In this document: in pieces, positions 47,090 to 56,770 of the stretch | How the letters are laid out: every line of letters starts with the position of its first letter | How positions within the stretch are numbered: the first letter of the stretch is position 1 | From: Dehalococcoidia bacterium | GTDB taxonomy: Bacteria; Chloroflexota; Dehalococcoidia; Lucifugimonadales; UBA1123 | Length of the DNA: 64,000 bases | Direction: 5' to 3' | NCBI GenBank assembly: GCA_021295915.1 | Contig: JAGWBK010000005.1 | Location: forward strand, 23,251-87,250 | Position numbers and translations under genes: made by a program | The notes under the pieces: model-generated | Database searches by the model: none | Seen by the model: only the letters and a program-made list of their open reading frames with translations | What the model was told of the DNA's origin: nothing

Positions 47090-49644
47090 GCGATGTTGAT
47101 GGCCATGCGCTCCAGACCCTGCCGGATCGTCCGCTCCGCTGAAGGTACGGGATTGGAGGCGAAGAACTCCTCGACCTCCTGGCGCTTTTCCTCGGTTGTG
47201 AACAGCGATGAGATGCCGACGAGTCTCATTATGGCGAAGCCGCCCTCACCGTAGCGACGGTCGAACTCATCCCAGTTGTCCTTGAGGAACTGCCAGGCAA
47301 GTTCGCGGCCCTGTCGGTTGGACGCCACCGCAACCATCACCCGGATGGTGTCCTGGCTCCGGACGTAGTCGTCGTCGAGCGACCGATTCAGCGTCTGTCC
47401 GAGCATATCCTGGTCGTTGAAGTTGCAAAGCGCGCCGAGCAGGCGCATCTTCTCTTCTTGGAGCGTCGCCCCCTGCTCCAACTCCCACAGCGTGTCGTAC
47501 AGGTCGCGGTCACCCTGTTTGGCAGCCATCGAGAAAGTCGCCGATCTGAGATCTGCAGGTACCGATGCCGGATCTTCCCTGTAACTCTGGAATCGCCTGC
47601 CTGCTTCGTCGAGAGTCTCGGCATCATCGAATCGACCAAGTTGGCCGAGCGCTGTCGACCTGAGCAGCACGTCCCTGTGGCCCTCGTCGGGTCTCGCATC
47701 CCAGCCCACACGTTCGCCGATTGGCTTGAAGATGCTCCGACCAAACGCCTGGTAAGCCGTGTAAAAGGCTTCGTCAGACAGCAGGTTGTCGAGGGCGTTC
47801 AGCGATGCTGCAAGGTCGCTGGCTACTGAAGGATCAATCTCGTTGGAGTAGGCCTCGGCCAGGTTCAGGTACGCCGATGCCGGTATGTGCCCGGCCTTGG
47901 CCAGCGCGTAGGCGTCGGAATTCATTCCGAGCCTGTCCTGCGCTGGAAGCGTTAGACTCCTGATCGGAGCCTTGAGCCTTTCAATCTCGTCGTCTGAGTA
48001 CTTGACCCGGTAGAAGCCAGACTGCCCGGGGTTGACCTTGATCCACTCGTCGCCTTGGCCGAAGGACGCGGGCTTCAGGTTAAGTGTTGCGTCCGGCGCA
48101 TCCATTAGTTCTCGCACCGGCTCGGCATTGGACGCGGTTCGAGCAGTTATGGGCACCTTCCAGGTAGTTTCGTCCTCTTCACCTTCACCCAGCACGTCGT
48201 CGTACAGGAACCTGGACTGCGAAAGACCGACGTCAATAGTGTCATCGGAGCGGGAGATACTAGTCTCGAGCACCGGGTAACCCGTCTGCGAGGTCCATGT
48301 GTCCATGATCTCCGCGACCGGTTGGCCCGAGGCTTCCCCAAGTGCGTTCCACAGATCGCGTGTCCGGGCGTTCGCATACTCGTGCCGCTTGATGTATATC
48401 TGGAGTCCCTGCTGGAAGTCGTCCTCTCCAAGGTAGTGCTCCAGCATCCTCAGAATGGAACCGCCCTTCGAGTAGCTGATGGCGTCGAACAGCTGACCGA
48501 TCTCCGCCGGGTTGCCCACTTCCTGTTCAATAGGGTGTGAATTTCGAAGCCCATCGAGGTTGAGGGCTGATCCTGTGTCGTGCGTTAGGAACTGGGTCCA
48601 CATCTCCCACTCTGGATGCAGGTAGTCGACGGCCTTGTCTCCCATCCAGGACGCGAAGCTCTCGTTGAGCCACAGATCGTCCCACCACTCCATTGTCACG
48701 AGATTTCCGAACCACTGGTGCGCCATCTCGTGCGAGACGATAGCAGCGACAATCTCCCGGGTTCCTGCCGAACTGTTTTCGGGGTCCACCAGGAGTGCTA
48801 CTTCTCTGTAAGTAATCGCTCCCCAGTTCTCCATCGCGCCGGCTGCAAAGTCCGGGATAGCGATGTGATCCAACTTGGACAGCGGGTAGGGGACACCGAA
48901 GTACTGGTGGAAGTAGTCCAGCAGGTCCATCGATGTCTCGAGCGCGAACTGGCCCTTGTCCTCATTGCCGCGAGTCGCCCACACCCGCATCAGGACTCCA
49001 TCCTCAGTCCTGTCCTCGACACATTCTAGGTCGCCGACGATGAACGCGAGCAGGTAGGTGGACATGACTGGCGTCTCAGCAAAGCGCACGGACTTCTTTC
49101 CGCTCGCTCCCACGGTGGTAGTGACCGGCTCCGTGTTCGAAATGACCTCAAGCTCCTCAGGCACAATGAGTGTGACATCGAACGTCGCCTTAACCGCGGG
49201 CTCGTCCCAGCATGGGAACGCCCTGCGCGCGTCAGTCGACTCGAACTGGGTTGTGGCCATCCAGCGCTGGTTGCCGTCCACGTCCGTGTACGACGACCGG
49301 TAGAAGCCGCGCAGCTTGTCGTTGAGCTCACCTGTGAAGTCGATGCCGAGCTGAGCTGTGCCTGCCGGAATCGGACTGTCGAACGAAACGGTAAGCGTCT
49401 CGCGCTCCTCGTCTAACGAGATTCCGGTCGCTCGATATGATGATCCGCTCGCTAGAGTAATGCGAGCGTAGTGGATGTCGAGCTCTGAGCTGTTGAGCAC
49501 GATCTCAGACGTCGCTTCCTCCACTTCAACATCGATCGACACGTAGCCGTCGAACTTGAAAGTGTCCAGATTGGGCTCCAGGTTCAGGGCGTATCGCGTG
49601 GGCCGCACGCCGGTTGGTAGCTGCCACTCGTTTGATGATGCCAT
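47041..49644 (-). CDS. pepN: M1-family aminopeptidase (aminopeptidase N type)
   Basis: 867-aa ORF with the exopeptidase motif GAMENWG and the zinc motif HEMAHQWFGNLVTMEWWDDLWLNESFA. Confidence 0.95.
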   Translation of the reverse strand: MASSNEWQLPTGVRPTRYALNLEPNLDTFKFDGYVSIDVEVEEATSEIVLNSSELDIHYARITLASGSSYRATGISLDEERETLTVSFDSPIPAGTAQLGIDFTGELNDKLRGFYRSSYTDVDGNQRWMATTQFESTDARRAFPCWDEPAVKATFDVTLIVPEELEVISNTEPVTTTVGASGKKSVRFAETPVMSTYLLAFIVGDLECVEDRTEDGVLMRVWATRGNEDKGQFALETSMDLLDYFHQYFGVPYPLSKLDHIAIPDFAAGAMENWGAITYREVALLVDPENSSAGTREIVAAIVSHEMAHQWFGNLVTMEWWDDLWLNESFASWMGDKAVDYLHPEWEMWTQFLTHDTGSALNLDGLRNSHPIEQEVGNPAEIGQLFDAISYSKGGSILRMLEHYLGEDDFQQGLQIYIKRHEYANARTRDLWNALGEASGQPVAEIMDTWTSQTGYPVLETSISRSDDTIDVGLSQSRFLYDDVLGEGEEDETTWKVPITARTASNAEPVRELMDAPDATLNLKPASFGQGDEWIKVNPGQSGFYRVKYSDDEIERLKAPIRSLTLPAQDRLGMNSDAYALAKAGHIPASAYLNLAEAYSNEIDPSVASDLAASLNALDNLLSDEAFYTAYQAFGRSIFKPIGERVGWDARPDEGHRDVLLRSTALGQLGRFDDAETLDEAGRRFQSYREDPASVPADLRSATFSMAAKQGDRDLYDTLWELEQGATLQEEKMRLLGALCNFNDQDMLGQTLNRSLDDDYVRSQDTIRVMVAVASNRQGRELAWQFLKDNWDEFDRRYGEGGFAIMRLVGISSLFTTEEKRQEVEEFFASNPVPSAERTIRQGLERMAINIAWMDKNREDLERWLVA

Positions 49645-49689
49645 TCCGGGTCCTTTGCTTGTCTGTTACTCAGGTTGTCGGGAGGATCG

Positions 49690-50490
49690 TCAGGAGGCCG
49701 TCCAGTTGGGCTGCCGCTTCTCGGAGAATGCACGAGGTCCTTCGATCCTGTCCGCCGAGGAGTTGTGCTTCTGAGCCTCGCTGTAGTTACGAGACATGGC
49801 CACGTCGAGGGGCCAGTCCAGACCCATGTACCCCATCTGCTTGCTCGCCCGTATTGATAGGGGAGCGCACTCCAGTATCTCGTTTGCCCATCTCTCCGCC
49901 GTCGGCATGAGGTCAGCTAGGGGCACGACCTCGTTTACGAGGCCTATTCGGTACGCCTCCTGCGCGCTGATGCGTCGCGCAGTGAGCATCATTCCCATCG
50001 CAATCTTCGTGGGCAGGTGACGGGGAAGCCTGAACACTCCTCCGGCTCCAGCGTACAGTCCTACGCGAGGCTCAGGCAGACCGACCTGCGCGTGATCGGC
50101 CGCGATGATGATGTCGCAGGCCATAGCGGTCTCCAGCCCGCCTCCGAGTGCGTACCCGTTTACGGCCGCAATCATCGGCTTCCAGCACTCAAAGTTCGAC
50201 GTGATGCCGCCAAACGGCGCGCGAGCATATCGTACGTTTGGGTCCTGATCGCCGTGCTGGCCCTGGTCCCGCTCCGCTGTATATCGCAGATCGTTGCCCG
50301 CGCTGAATGCCCTCTCTCCGGCTCCGGTGAGGATGGCTACCCACGCGTCGGGGTCATCGTTGAACCTCGTGAAAGCGTCGTGCAGCTCAGCGTTTGCCGG
50401 AGGGTGAAGCGCGTTCATACGCTCGGGCCGGTTAATCGTCACATATGTGATCCGGTCCTTCTGCTCGTAGGTAATGAACTCGTAAGACAT
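49690..50490 (-). CDS. Enoyl-CoA hydratase/isomerase (crotonase) family protein
   Basis: 266-aa ORF with RPERMNAL, ILTGAGERAFSAGNDL, AAVNGYALGGGLE and a crotonase fold pattern. Confidence 0.9.
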   Translation of the reverse strand: MSYEFITYEQKDRITYVTINRPERMNALHPPANAELHDAFTRFNDDPDAWVAILTGAGERAFSAGNDLRYTAERDQGQHGDQDPNVRYARAPFGGITSNFECWKPMIAAVNGYALGGGLETAMACDIIIAADHAQVGLPEPRVGLYAGAGGVFRLPRHLPTKIAMGMMLTARRISAQEAYRIGLVNEVVPLADLMPTAERWANEILECAPLSIRASKQMGYMGLDWPLDVAMSRNYSEAQKHNSSADRIEGPRAFSEKRQPNWTAS

Positions 50491-50546
50491 GGGTGACTCC
50501 TCAGAGTGGTTGCTTCAGAACGTGCAGAGTATATCAGAGGCCCTAA

Positions 50547-51164
50547 CTACCAACCCTCGCCCCATTTCTCCCTGTAAGCGACCTCTTCGACAGGCTGGCG
50601 ACGGGTCGGACCGTAGCGGTTGTTGTCAGCGGGGAACCCGATTGGCAGCAGCGCAGCCGTCTCTACGTTCTCAGGTATTCCGAGGAGTTCCTTGATCTCA
50701 TCTTCATACCGTTTGTGAAGACTGGTCAGGCAGCTGCCGAGTCCGAGCCCACGCGCTGTCAGCAGGATGTTCTGCACGGAAGGAAAGATCGAACCTCCCC
50801 GACCCATCGTCGATGGACCTCCGTCGTGCTCGATGCACGCCATCAGGAGGACCGGGGCCTGGCCTATCGTCCTTGCCAGGTGGTCTGCCGACCTTCGAAC
50901 GTGAGACTGGATGTCCGGCGGATTCGGGTTGGCGGAGCCATATGCGTGCTCCCAGCCCTGCTCGTAGTATTCGCCGATCTTCTTCTTAGTCTCAGCATCT
51001 GTGATAACCAGGAACTTCCAGCCCTGCCTGTTGCCGCCGCTGGGAGCCTTCGTACCCGCCTCGATCAGCTTGTGGATAAGCTCGTCCGGAACCGGGTCGG
51101 ACTTGAAGTAGCGTATCGCGCGTTGTGAGTAGATGGCCTCGAACAGGCCGATGTCTTCTGCCAT
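50547..51164 (-). CDS. Nitroreductase-family flavoprotein
   Basis: 205-aa ORF with RAIRYF ... KAPSGGNRQGWKF, typical of the nitroreductase fold. AAGGAG precedes the ATG. Confidence 0.85.
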   Translation of the reverse strand: MAEDIGLFEAIYSQRAIRYFKSDPVPDELIHKLIEAGTKAPSGGNRQGWKFLVITDAETKKKIGEYYEQGWEHAYGSANPNPPDIQSHVRRSADHLARTIGQAPVLLMACIEHDGGPSTMGRGGSIFPSVQNILLTARGLGLGSCLTSLHKRYEDEIKELLGIPENVETAALLPIGFPADNNRYGPTRRQPVEEVAYREKWGEGW

Positions 51165-51351
51165 GGATGTCTCCTTGTGTTGCCTGGGCGGTCTCTCCCG
51201 CCCTTTATGCCACTAGTTGTATCGAACATGCGGTACCCTTGCCAACCTGTTTCGATGGTACAGGGTCATTCAGACCTGCTGGTGCGACTGAATTACCTGT
51301 CTGCTATCATGTGCCCGCAATTTGCCACGATGTGAACAGGGAGGCCTAGCT

Positions 51352-52371
51352 TTGAAAGTCGGATCAAGATTGGATGGAAGGACACCACAGCAGATTGCGG
51401 CGTCGGCTCGTCGTGCGGAAAGGCTGGGCTTTGATGCCTACTCCTCCTCGGAGACAAACCATAACCCGTTTCTTCCGCTGTCCATAGCCGCGGAACACAC
51501 GGAACGCATCAACCTGCGCACTTCCATAGCACTGGCTTTTGCAAGAAGTCCCATGGATGTCGCTTACATCGGCTGGGACCTCCAGGCAATGTCCAACGGC
51601 AGGTTCACACTAGGTCTGGGCAGCCAGGTCCGCGGACACATCGTCCGACGCTTCGGCATGAACTGGTCCGCACCGGCTCCCAGGATGAGGGAGTACATTC
51701 AGGCGCTTCGACATATCTGGAATGCCTGGCAGACACAGGAGCCGGTCAAGTTCCACGGCGATCACTTCGACTTCAACCTCATGCCCCCGTTCTTCAATCC
51801 TGGTCCCATCGAAAAGCCGGACGTGAAGGTGTTTGTGTCCGCGGTGAATCCATACATGCTCCGTGTGGCAGGGGAGGTCTGCGACGGGGTGCTGCTCCAC
51901 GGTTTCTGCACTCCCAAGTACACCCGAGAGGTGATCATTCCAAACCTGGAAATCGGCGCCAAAAGAGCGGGCAGATCCCTGGACGATTTCGAGATCAACG
52001 CCGGCGGGTTCATCATTACCGGAGCCACGGAAGAAGAAGTGGAGTCCAAGAAGGCTGGAGTGAAAGGGCAGATTTCATTCTACGCTTCGACCAGGAGCTA
52101 TGAGTCGGTTATGAGCACGCACGGCTGGGAAGACACCGCCGCGAGACTGTACCGGATGTCCGTCGACAACAAGTGGGGAGAGATGCCCAACCAGGTTACT
52201 GACGACATGCTCGAGACCTTCGCTGTGATCGGCACCCACGATGAGATCGTGGACAAGCTCAAGGAGGCCCATGGCGACTACGCCACGTCTATCAGCTTCG
52301 ACATCCCGACACCCACGGGCGAGGACGAAGAGATGATGGCAGGTATGGTTGCCGAGCTGCAGTCGGAGTAA
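51352..52371 (+). CDS. LLM-class, probably F420-dependent, oxidoreductase
   Basis: Luciferase-like family pattern (AERLGFDAYSSSETNHNPF ... LGLGSQV). I chose the TTG at 51352 (MKVGSRLDG), 8 nt after GGGAGG. The ORF track starts at a TTG at 51322. Confidence 0.8.
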   Translation: MKVGSRLDGRTPQQIAASARRAERLGFDAYSSSETNHNPFLPLSIAAEHTERINLRTSIALAFARSPMDVAYIGWDLQAMSNGRFTLGLGSQVRGHIVRRFGMNWSAPAPRMREYIQALRHIWNAWQTQEPVKFHGDHFDFNLMPPFFNPGPIEKPDVKVFVSAVNPYMLRVAGEVCDGVLLHGFCTPKYTREVIIPNLEIGAKRAGRSLDDFEINAGGFIITGATEEEVESKKAGVKGQISFYASTRSYESVMSTHGWEDTAARLYRMSVDNKWGEMPNQVTDDMLETFAVIGTHDEIVDKLKEAHGDYATSISFDIPTPTGEDEEMMAGMVAELQSE

Positions 52372-52428
52372 AGCTCAGGGGCCTTACGGTCCGGTGATTC
52401 ACAGATCCTGGTTCATCCGGAGGAAGAG

Positions 52429-53613
52429 TTGAACATAAAGAGCATCCGAGCATTCCCTGTAAACCTGAGGCCGCCGATTGTGACTGAGCCGCGAGTGCCA
52501 GCCATACCTGGCGCAGGACACTTCACTAGCCCCATGGCCCGGTACGAGGGCGAATTCCCCGATAGAGGCTGGAGCTCTGACTGGGGCCGCGTCGCATGTG
52601 TGGTGACTGCCGACGACGGCACATGGGGTCTTGGCATTACTACGAATAGCGGCCCCGTCGTCTCCATCATCAACGACCACTTCTCGCCGCTGCTCGAAGG
52701 CCAGAACGCGATGTCGATCGAAAAGCACTGGGACCTGATGCGGCGAGCGTCGTCTCCATACGGCACGCACGGCCTGACCAGCTACGCGATCAGTGCGGTC
52801 GACAACGCCCTCTGGGACCTAAAAGGCAAACTGCTAGGCCTGCCGGTGTATGAGTTGCTCGGCGGCCCGGTCAAGGACCGCATCTTCTGCTACGCCTCTA
52901 ACACGATGCTGACTTACGGCACTGAGAATTACATTGACTGGTTCCTGGAACTGGGCTTCAAGGCCGTTAAGTTGTTCGTCCGTCACGGCCCTGAGCACGA
53001 CCTCGAAGGCCTGCGTAAGAACGAGGAACTCGTCGCACGCACCCGCGAGCAGGTTGGGCCCGACGTAGAGATCGCGGTCGACTCATGGATGTCCCTGAAC
53101 ACCGAGTACATAGTCCGGCTGGTAGAGGCGCTCAAGCCATACAGGATTAAGTGGCTCGAAGACTATCTTCTTCCGGAAGACCTCGACAGCTACATGAAAG
53201 TCCGTCAGCGCGTTCCGGGACAGACGCTCGCTACCGGCGAACACTGGTACACGATCCACCCATTCGCGTTGGCTGCCGGACAGGGACTCGTGGACATACT
53301 CCAGCCCGACATTGCGTGGGTAGGTGGAATGACCGCCAGCATACGGATATGCCACATCGCCGAAGCACACGGCGTTACCGTTATCGGACACGGCGGGATG
53401 AACTACCCGTACGGCCAGCACCTTGCATACGCGATGCCTGTAATCCCGTGGGGAGAGAGGTCCGAGGGTGTTGCCCCTCCAGGTGTGCCACTGGAGGAGA
53501 TGGTCCTGCTGCCGGGCACGCCTGCTATCAAGGACGGCTACGTTAAGCCCAGCGATGCTCCCGGCTTCGGCTTTGAGTTCGACCTCGACTGGCTGGAGGA
53601 ACGCACCGCCTGA
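52429..53613 (+). CDS. Enolase-superfamily enzyme (mandelate racemase/muconate lactonizing family; acid-sugar dehydratase-like)
   Basis: 394-aa ORF with a TTG start after GGAGGAAG. It has a capping domain followed by a barrel with acidic metal-ligand positions in AVDSWMS, WLEDYL and ILQPDI. Confidence 0.85.
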   Translation: MNIKSIRAFPVNLRPPIVTEPRVPAIPGAGHFTSPMARYEGEFPDRGWSSDWGRVACVVTADDGTWGLGITTNSGPVVSIINDHFSPLLEGQNAMSIEKHWDLMRRASSPYGTHGLTSYAISAVDNALWDLKGKLLGLPVYELLGGPVKDRIFCYASNTMLTYGTENYIDWFLELGFKAVKLFVRHGPEHDLEGLRKNEELVARTREQVGPDVEIAVDSWMSLNTEYIVRLVEALKPYRIKWLEDYLLPEDLDSYMKVRQRVPGQTLATGEHWYTIHPFALAAGQGLVDILQPDIAWVGGMTASIRICHIAEAHGVTVIGHGGMNYPYGQHLAYAMPVIPWGERSEGVAPPGVPLEEMVLLPGTPAIKDGYVKPSDAPGFGFEFDLDWLEERTA

Positions 53614-53616
53614 TAG

Positions 53617-54813
53617 TCAGACGATTACCCCCTGCTTTCGCAGTTCATCAACGTCTTCAGGTGAGCAGCCTAGTACTGTCGTTAAGACCTCATCTGTGTG
53701 CTCGGAGTATCGAGGCGCCTTCGTTACGGCGTTTTCCTCATCTGAGAGTTTGACTGGTATGCCGACCATCTTGTAGTCGCCCCGTACCGGATCGTCTACA
53801 TTGACGATCATCTCCCTCGCGATAAGGTGCTCGTTTTCGAGTACCTCAGCCGCTCCGATCGTCGCTCCCGCGAGCACACCAGACTCCGCCAGAATCTTCA
53901 TGGCTTCCCACTTGGTGTGTTTCGACGTCCACTCGGTGATCACGCGTTCCGCTTCATCGCTGTTCTTCACACGCTCTTCTTCGTCGTCGAAACGGGGATC
54001 GCCTATGAGGTCAGACCTGTCCATCGCCGCCAGCATCAGGTCCCAGCCGTCACCACGAGGATGGATCATCACATAGTCGTTTGGACCGCCCGGTTCGCAC
54101 GGGAACACCATGGGGAGGCCACGTGTCCCACTGTGACCCTGTCGGGTGTGGTCGATGCCGTGCCCAAGTGTCCTTGTGAGAAACATCCGCATCAGGTTCA
54201 CCACAGAGTCCTGCATCGACACTTCGACCATCTGCCCCACACCTGTGCGATCTCGCTTGTGGAGCGCGGCAAGTATGCCGATGGCAGCGTGAAGCCCGCT
54301 TCCCGAGTCTCCGACTCCGGGCGTGATCATCACTGGTGGTCTGTCTTCGTATCCGGTGGTCGCCATCGCTCCGCCAACGGCCTGCGCGACGAACTCGTAA
54401 CCCTTGTAGTCCGCATATGGCCCGTAGGTGCCAAAGCCCTTGATGGTCGCGTAGATCAGTCTCGGATTCAGACAGTGCAGCACGTCCCATCCCAGGCCCA
54501 GCCTGTCCAGCATCCCCGGCGAGAAGTTCTCGACCAGCACATCGGCCCACTGCGCCAGCCGGATGAACAGCTCCTTGCCCCTTTCCGTCTTGAGGTCGAG
54601 AGTCACCGCCCTCTTGTTGTTGTTGAAAATCAGGAAGTAGACGCTGTCTGAGTCTTCGCGGTGTGCGAGATCAGTGCGTGTGCTGTCTCCGCCCCTGGTA
54701 TCTTCGACCTTTATGACGTCCGCGCCCAGGAATCCCAGCATCTGGGCACATGACGGTCCGGCCTGAACGTGAGTGAGGTCCAGTACCTTGATGTTGGATA
54801 GCGCCTGGTCCAT
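53617..54813 (-). CDS. Family III (CaiB/BaiF) CoA-transferase, formyl-CoA-transferase-like
   Basis: The N-terminus IKVLDLTHVQAGPSCAQMLGFLGADVIKVE closely resembles the Frc-type N-terminus as I recall it. Also present are VENFSPG and the catalytic Asp context GVGDSGSG. The ATG at 54813 is preceded by AGGGGGA. Confidence 0.85.
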   Translation of the reverse strand: MDQALSNIKVLDLTHVQAGPSCAQMLGFLGADVIKVEDTRGGDSTRTDLAHREDSDSVYFLIFNNNKRAVTLDLKTERGKELFIRLAQWADVLVENFSPGMLDRLGLGWDVLHCLNPRLIYATIKGFGTYGPYADYKGYEFVAQAVGGAMATTGYEDRPPVMITPGVGDSGSGLHAAIGILAALHKRDRTGVGQMVEVSMQDSVVNLMRMFLTRTLGHGIDHTRQGHSGTRGLPMVFPCEPGGPNDYVMIHPRGDGWDLMLAAMDRSDLIGDPRFDDEEERVKNSDEAERVITEWTSKHTKWEAMKILAESGVLAGATIGAAEVLENEHLIAREMIVNVDDPVRGDYKMVGIPVKLSDEENAVTKAPRYSEHTDEVLTTVLGCSPEDVDELRKQGVIV

Positions 54814-54856
54814 CCGATTTCCCCCTAGTGTATTTTGTGCCTGCTGTCCGGAAACC

Positions 54857-55453
54857 CTATTTCGGAGTTGTCTCCTGGGCAACGATCCTGGCTATGTCCG
54901 ACACGGCTTCGTCGAGCCTGCCGTCATGGTTCACTACCCTGTGGTCGAACCAGTCAGCTGCCTTCATTTCCTCGCGCGCCGTCTCCAACTTGATCCTTAG
55001 CGCCTCGCCTTGCTCTGTGCCGCGATCCGTAAGTCGCCTGTCCAGCGACTCCATGCTTGGCGGCTCGAGAAATATCAGCACCGCGTCAGAGTACAGCCTC
55101 TTGACCGTTGCTGCGCCCTGGACGTCCACTTTCAGAAGCACATTGCGACCAGCCTCAAGGGCATCAGTCACCTGCGACTTTGGGACCCCATACAGGTTGC
55201 CGTACACTTCAGCCCACTCCAGCAGGCCGTCTTCATCTATCATGCGCTGAAATTCACCGCGTGCCATGAAGAGGTAGTCGACGTCGTCGCGCTCGCCCGG
55301 TCTCTTTGGACGGGTAGTCGCCGTAGTCGTAAAGTAGAAATCCTCGCGCTGCTGCTTCATAACAGAGAGCAGGGCGTCCTTCCCGACCCCTGAGGGCCCG
55401 GACAGGACAAACAGGCGGCCGTCAGATTTGCTGTCCACGGACCGGTTGGTCAA
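54857..55453 (-). CDS. gmk: Guanylate kinase
   Basis: P-loop LSGPSGVGKDAL, TTRPKRPGE, and a length of 198 aa. Confidence 0.93.
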   Translation of the reverse strand: MTNRSVDSKSDGRLFVLSGPSGVGKDALLSVMKQQREDFYFTTTATTRPKRPGERDDVDYLFMARGEFQRMIDEDGLLEWAEVYGNLYGVPKSQVTDALEAGRNVLLKVDVQGAATVKRLYSDAVLIFLEPPSMESLDRRLTDRGTEQGEALRIKLETAREEMKAADWFDHRVVNHDGRLDEAVSDIARIVAQETTPK

Positions 55454-55460
55454 CCGTACG

Positions 55461-56765
55461 TCAGGACCTCAGGCCTTCCAGTGTCTCCCAGAAAGATGGG
55501 TAGGAGACATCCGCGGCCTCTGAATCACCAATGTGAGTCTCACCGCCGGCAACGAGTCCTGCTACCGCCATGGACATGGCTATTCGATGGTCTCCGTGGC
55601 TGACGACTTCCGCGCCTGTGAGCTTAGAGCCACCCTCGATGATCATGCCGTCGTCGATCTCTCGTATCGAGGCTCCAAGGGCGTGTAGACCCTCGGCGGT
55701 CGCCGAGATCCGATCCGATTCCTTGACCCTTAGTTCCGCGGCGTCCCTTATGACAGTTTGGCCCGAGGCCTGCGAGGCAGCCATTGCCAGCACCGGAAGC
55801 TCATCGACTACGCGCGGGATGATATCTCCACCAATTTCGATGCCCTTCAGGTCGCTTGATTCGACGACAAGGTCTGCAGCCGGCTCATTGCCGTCCTCGC
55901 GAACATTCTCCATCCGAATGTTCGCGCCCATCTCGGCCAGGACATCGAGCACGCCGGTGCGGGACGGGTTGACCCCGACCCCTTTGACGGTAATCCGGGC
56001 GTTAGGGTGTGCTGCTCCAGCGACAAGCCAGAAGGCGGCCCCGCTGATGTCAGAGGGCACCTGGATGTTGATCGACTTCAGTTCAGACGGTCTTACGGTC
56101 ACCCTGAGTCCGTCCTTTTCGATGTCGGCCCCCATGGCGGCCATCATCCTCTCGGTATGGTCACGGGATTCGGCGGGCTGGATCACAGTGGTCTCGCCCT
56201 CTGCGTACAGACCCGCAATCAGAATGCACGACTTGAGCTGAGCGCTCGCGACGGGCATATCGTATTCGATTCCTTGAATTTCACCACCGCTGAAGGCTAG
56301 GGGCGCAAGCGAGCCGCCATTTCGGCCCATCACTTCGGCTCCCATCATCGAAAGTGGTGTCAGGATTCTCTTCATGGGTCGACGTCTCAGGGACGAGTCT
56401 CCAGTGATGACGCTGAAGAACGATTGTGCCGCGAGCAGACCAGAGACCAGTCGCATCGTAGTGCCGCTGTTCCCGGAAAAGAGGACATCGTTCGGCTCGA
56501 CCAGGCCGGACTTGCCCCTGCCCGAGATGTTGAAGTACTCCCTGTCGGCAGTAGCTCCATCCTCTGCCGCGCGTTCGATCTCCACGCCCAGGCCCCTCAG
56601 GCAGCCAAGCATCGAGGTCCGGTCGTCGCCAACGCAGAAGTTGGAGACCACAGCGTCGCCGTCAGAAATGGCATTCAACAGCGCCGCCCGGTGCGAGATG
56701 GACTTATCGCCGGGAGGAACGACCGTTCCTTCGAGGCGGGGACTGTGCTCGACTGTTCGGTTCAC
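55461..56765 (-). CDS. aroA: 3-phosphoshikimate 1-carboxyvinyltransferase (EPSP synthase)
   Basis: 434-aa ORF with PGDKSISHRA, GNSGTTMRL and DHRIAMS motifs. Confidence 0.95.
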   Translation of the reverse strand: MNRTVEHSPRLEGTVVPPGDKSISHRAALLNAISDGDAVVSNFCVGDDRTSMLGCLRGLGVEIERAAEDGATADREYFNISGRGKSGLVEPNDVLFSGNSGTTMRLVSGLLAAQSFFSVITGDSSLRRRPMKRILTPLSMMGAEVMGRNGGSLAPLAFSGGEIQGIEYDMPVASAQLKSCILIAGLYAEGETTVIQPAESRDHTERMMAAMGADIEKDGLRVTVRPSELKSINIQVPSDISGAAFWLVAGAAHPNARITVKGVGVNPSRTGVLDVLAEMGANIRMENVREDGNEPAADLVVESSDLKGIEIGGDIIPRVVDELPVLAMAASQASGQTVIRDAAELRVKESDRISATAEGLHALGASIREIDDGMIIEGGSKLTGAEVVSHGDHRIAMSMAVAGLVAGGETHIGDSEAADVSYPSFWETLEGLRS

Positions 56766-56770
56766 TGACC

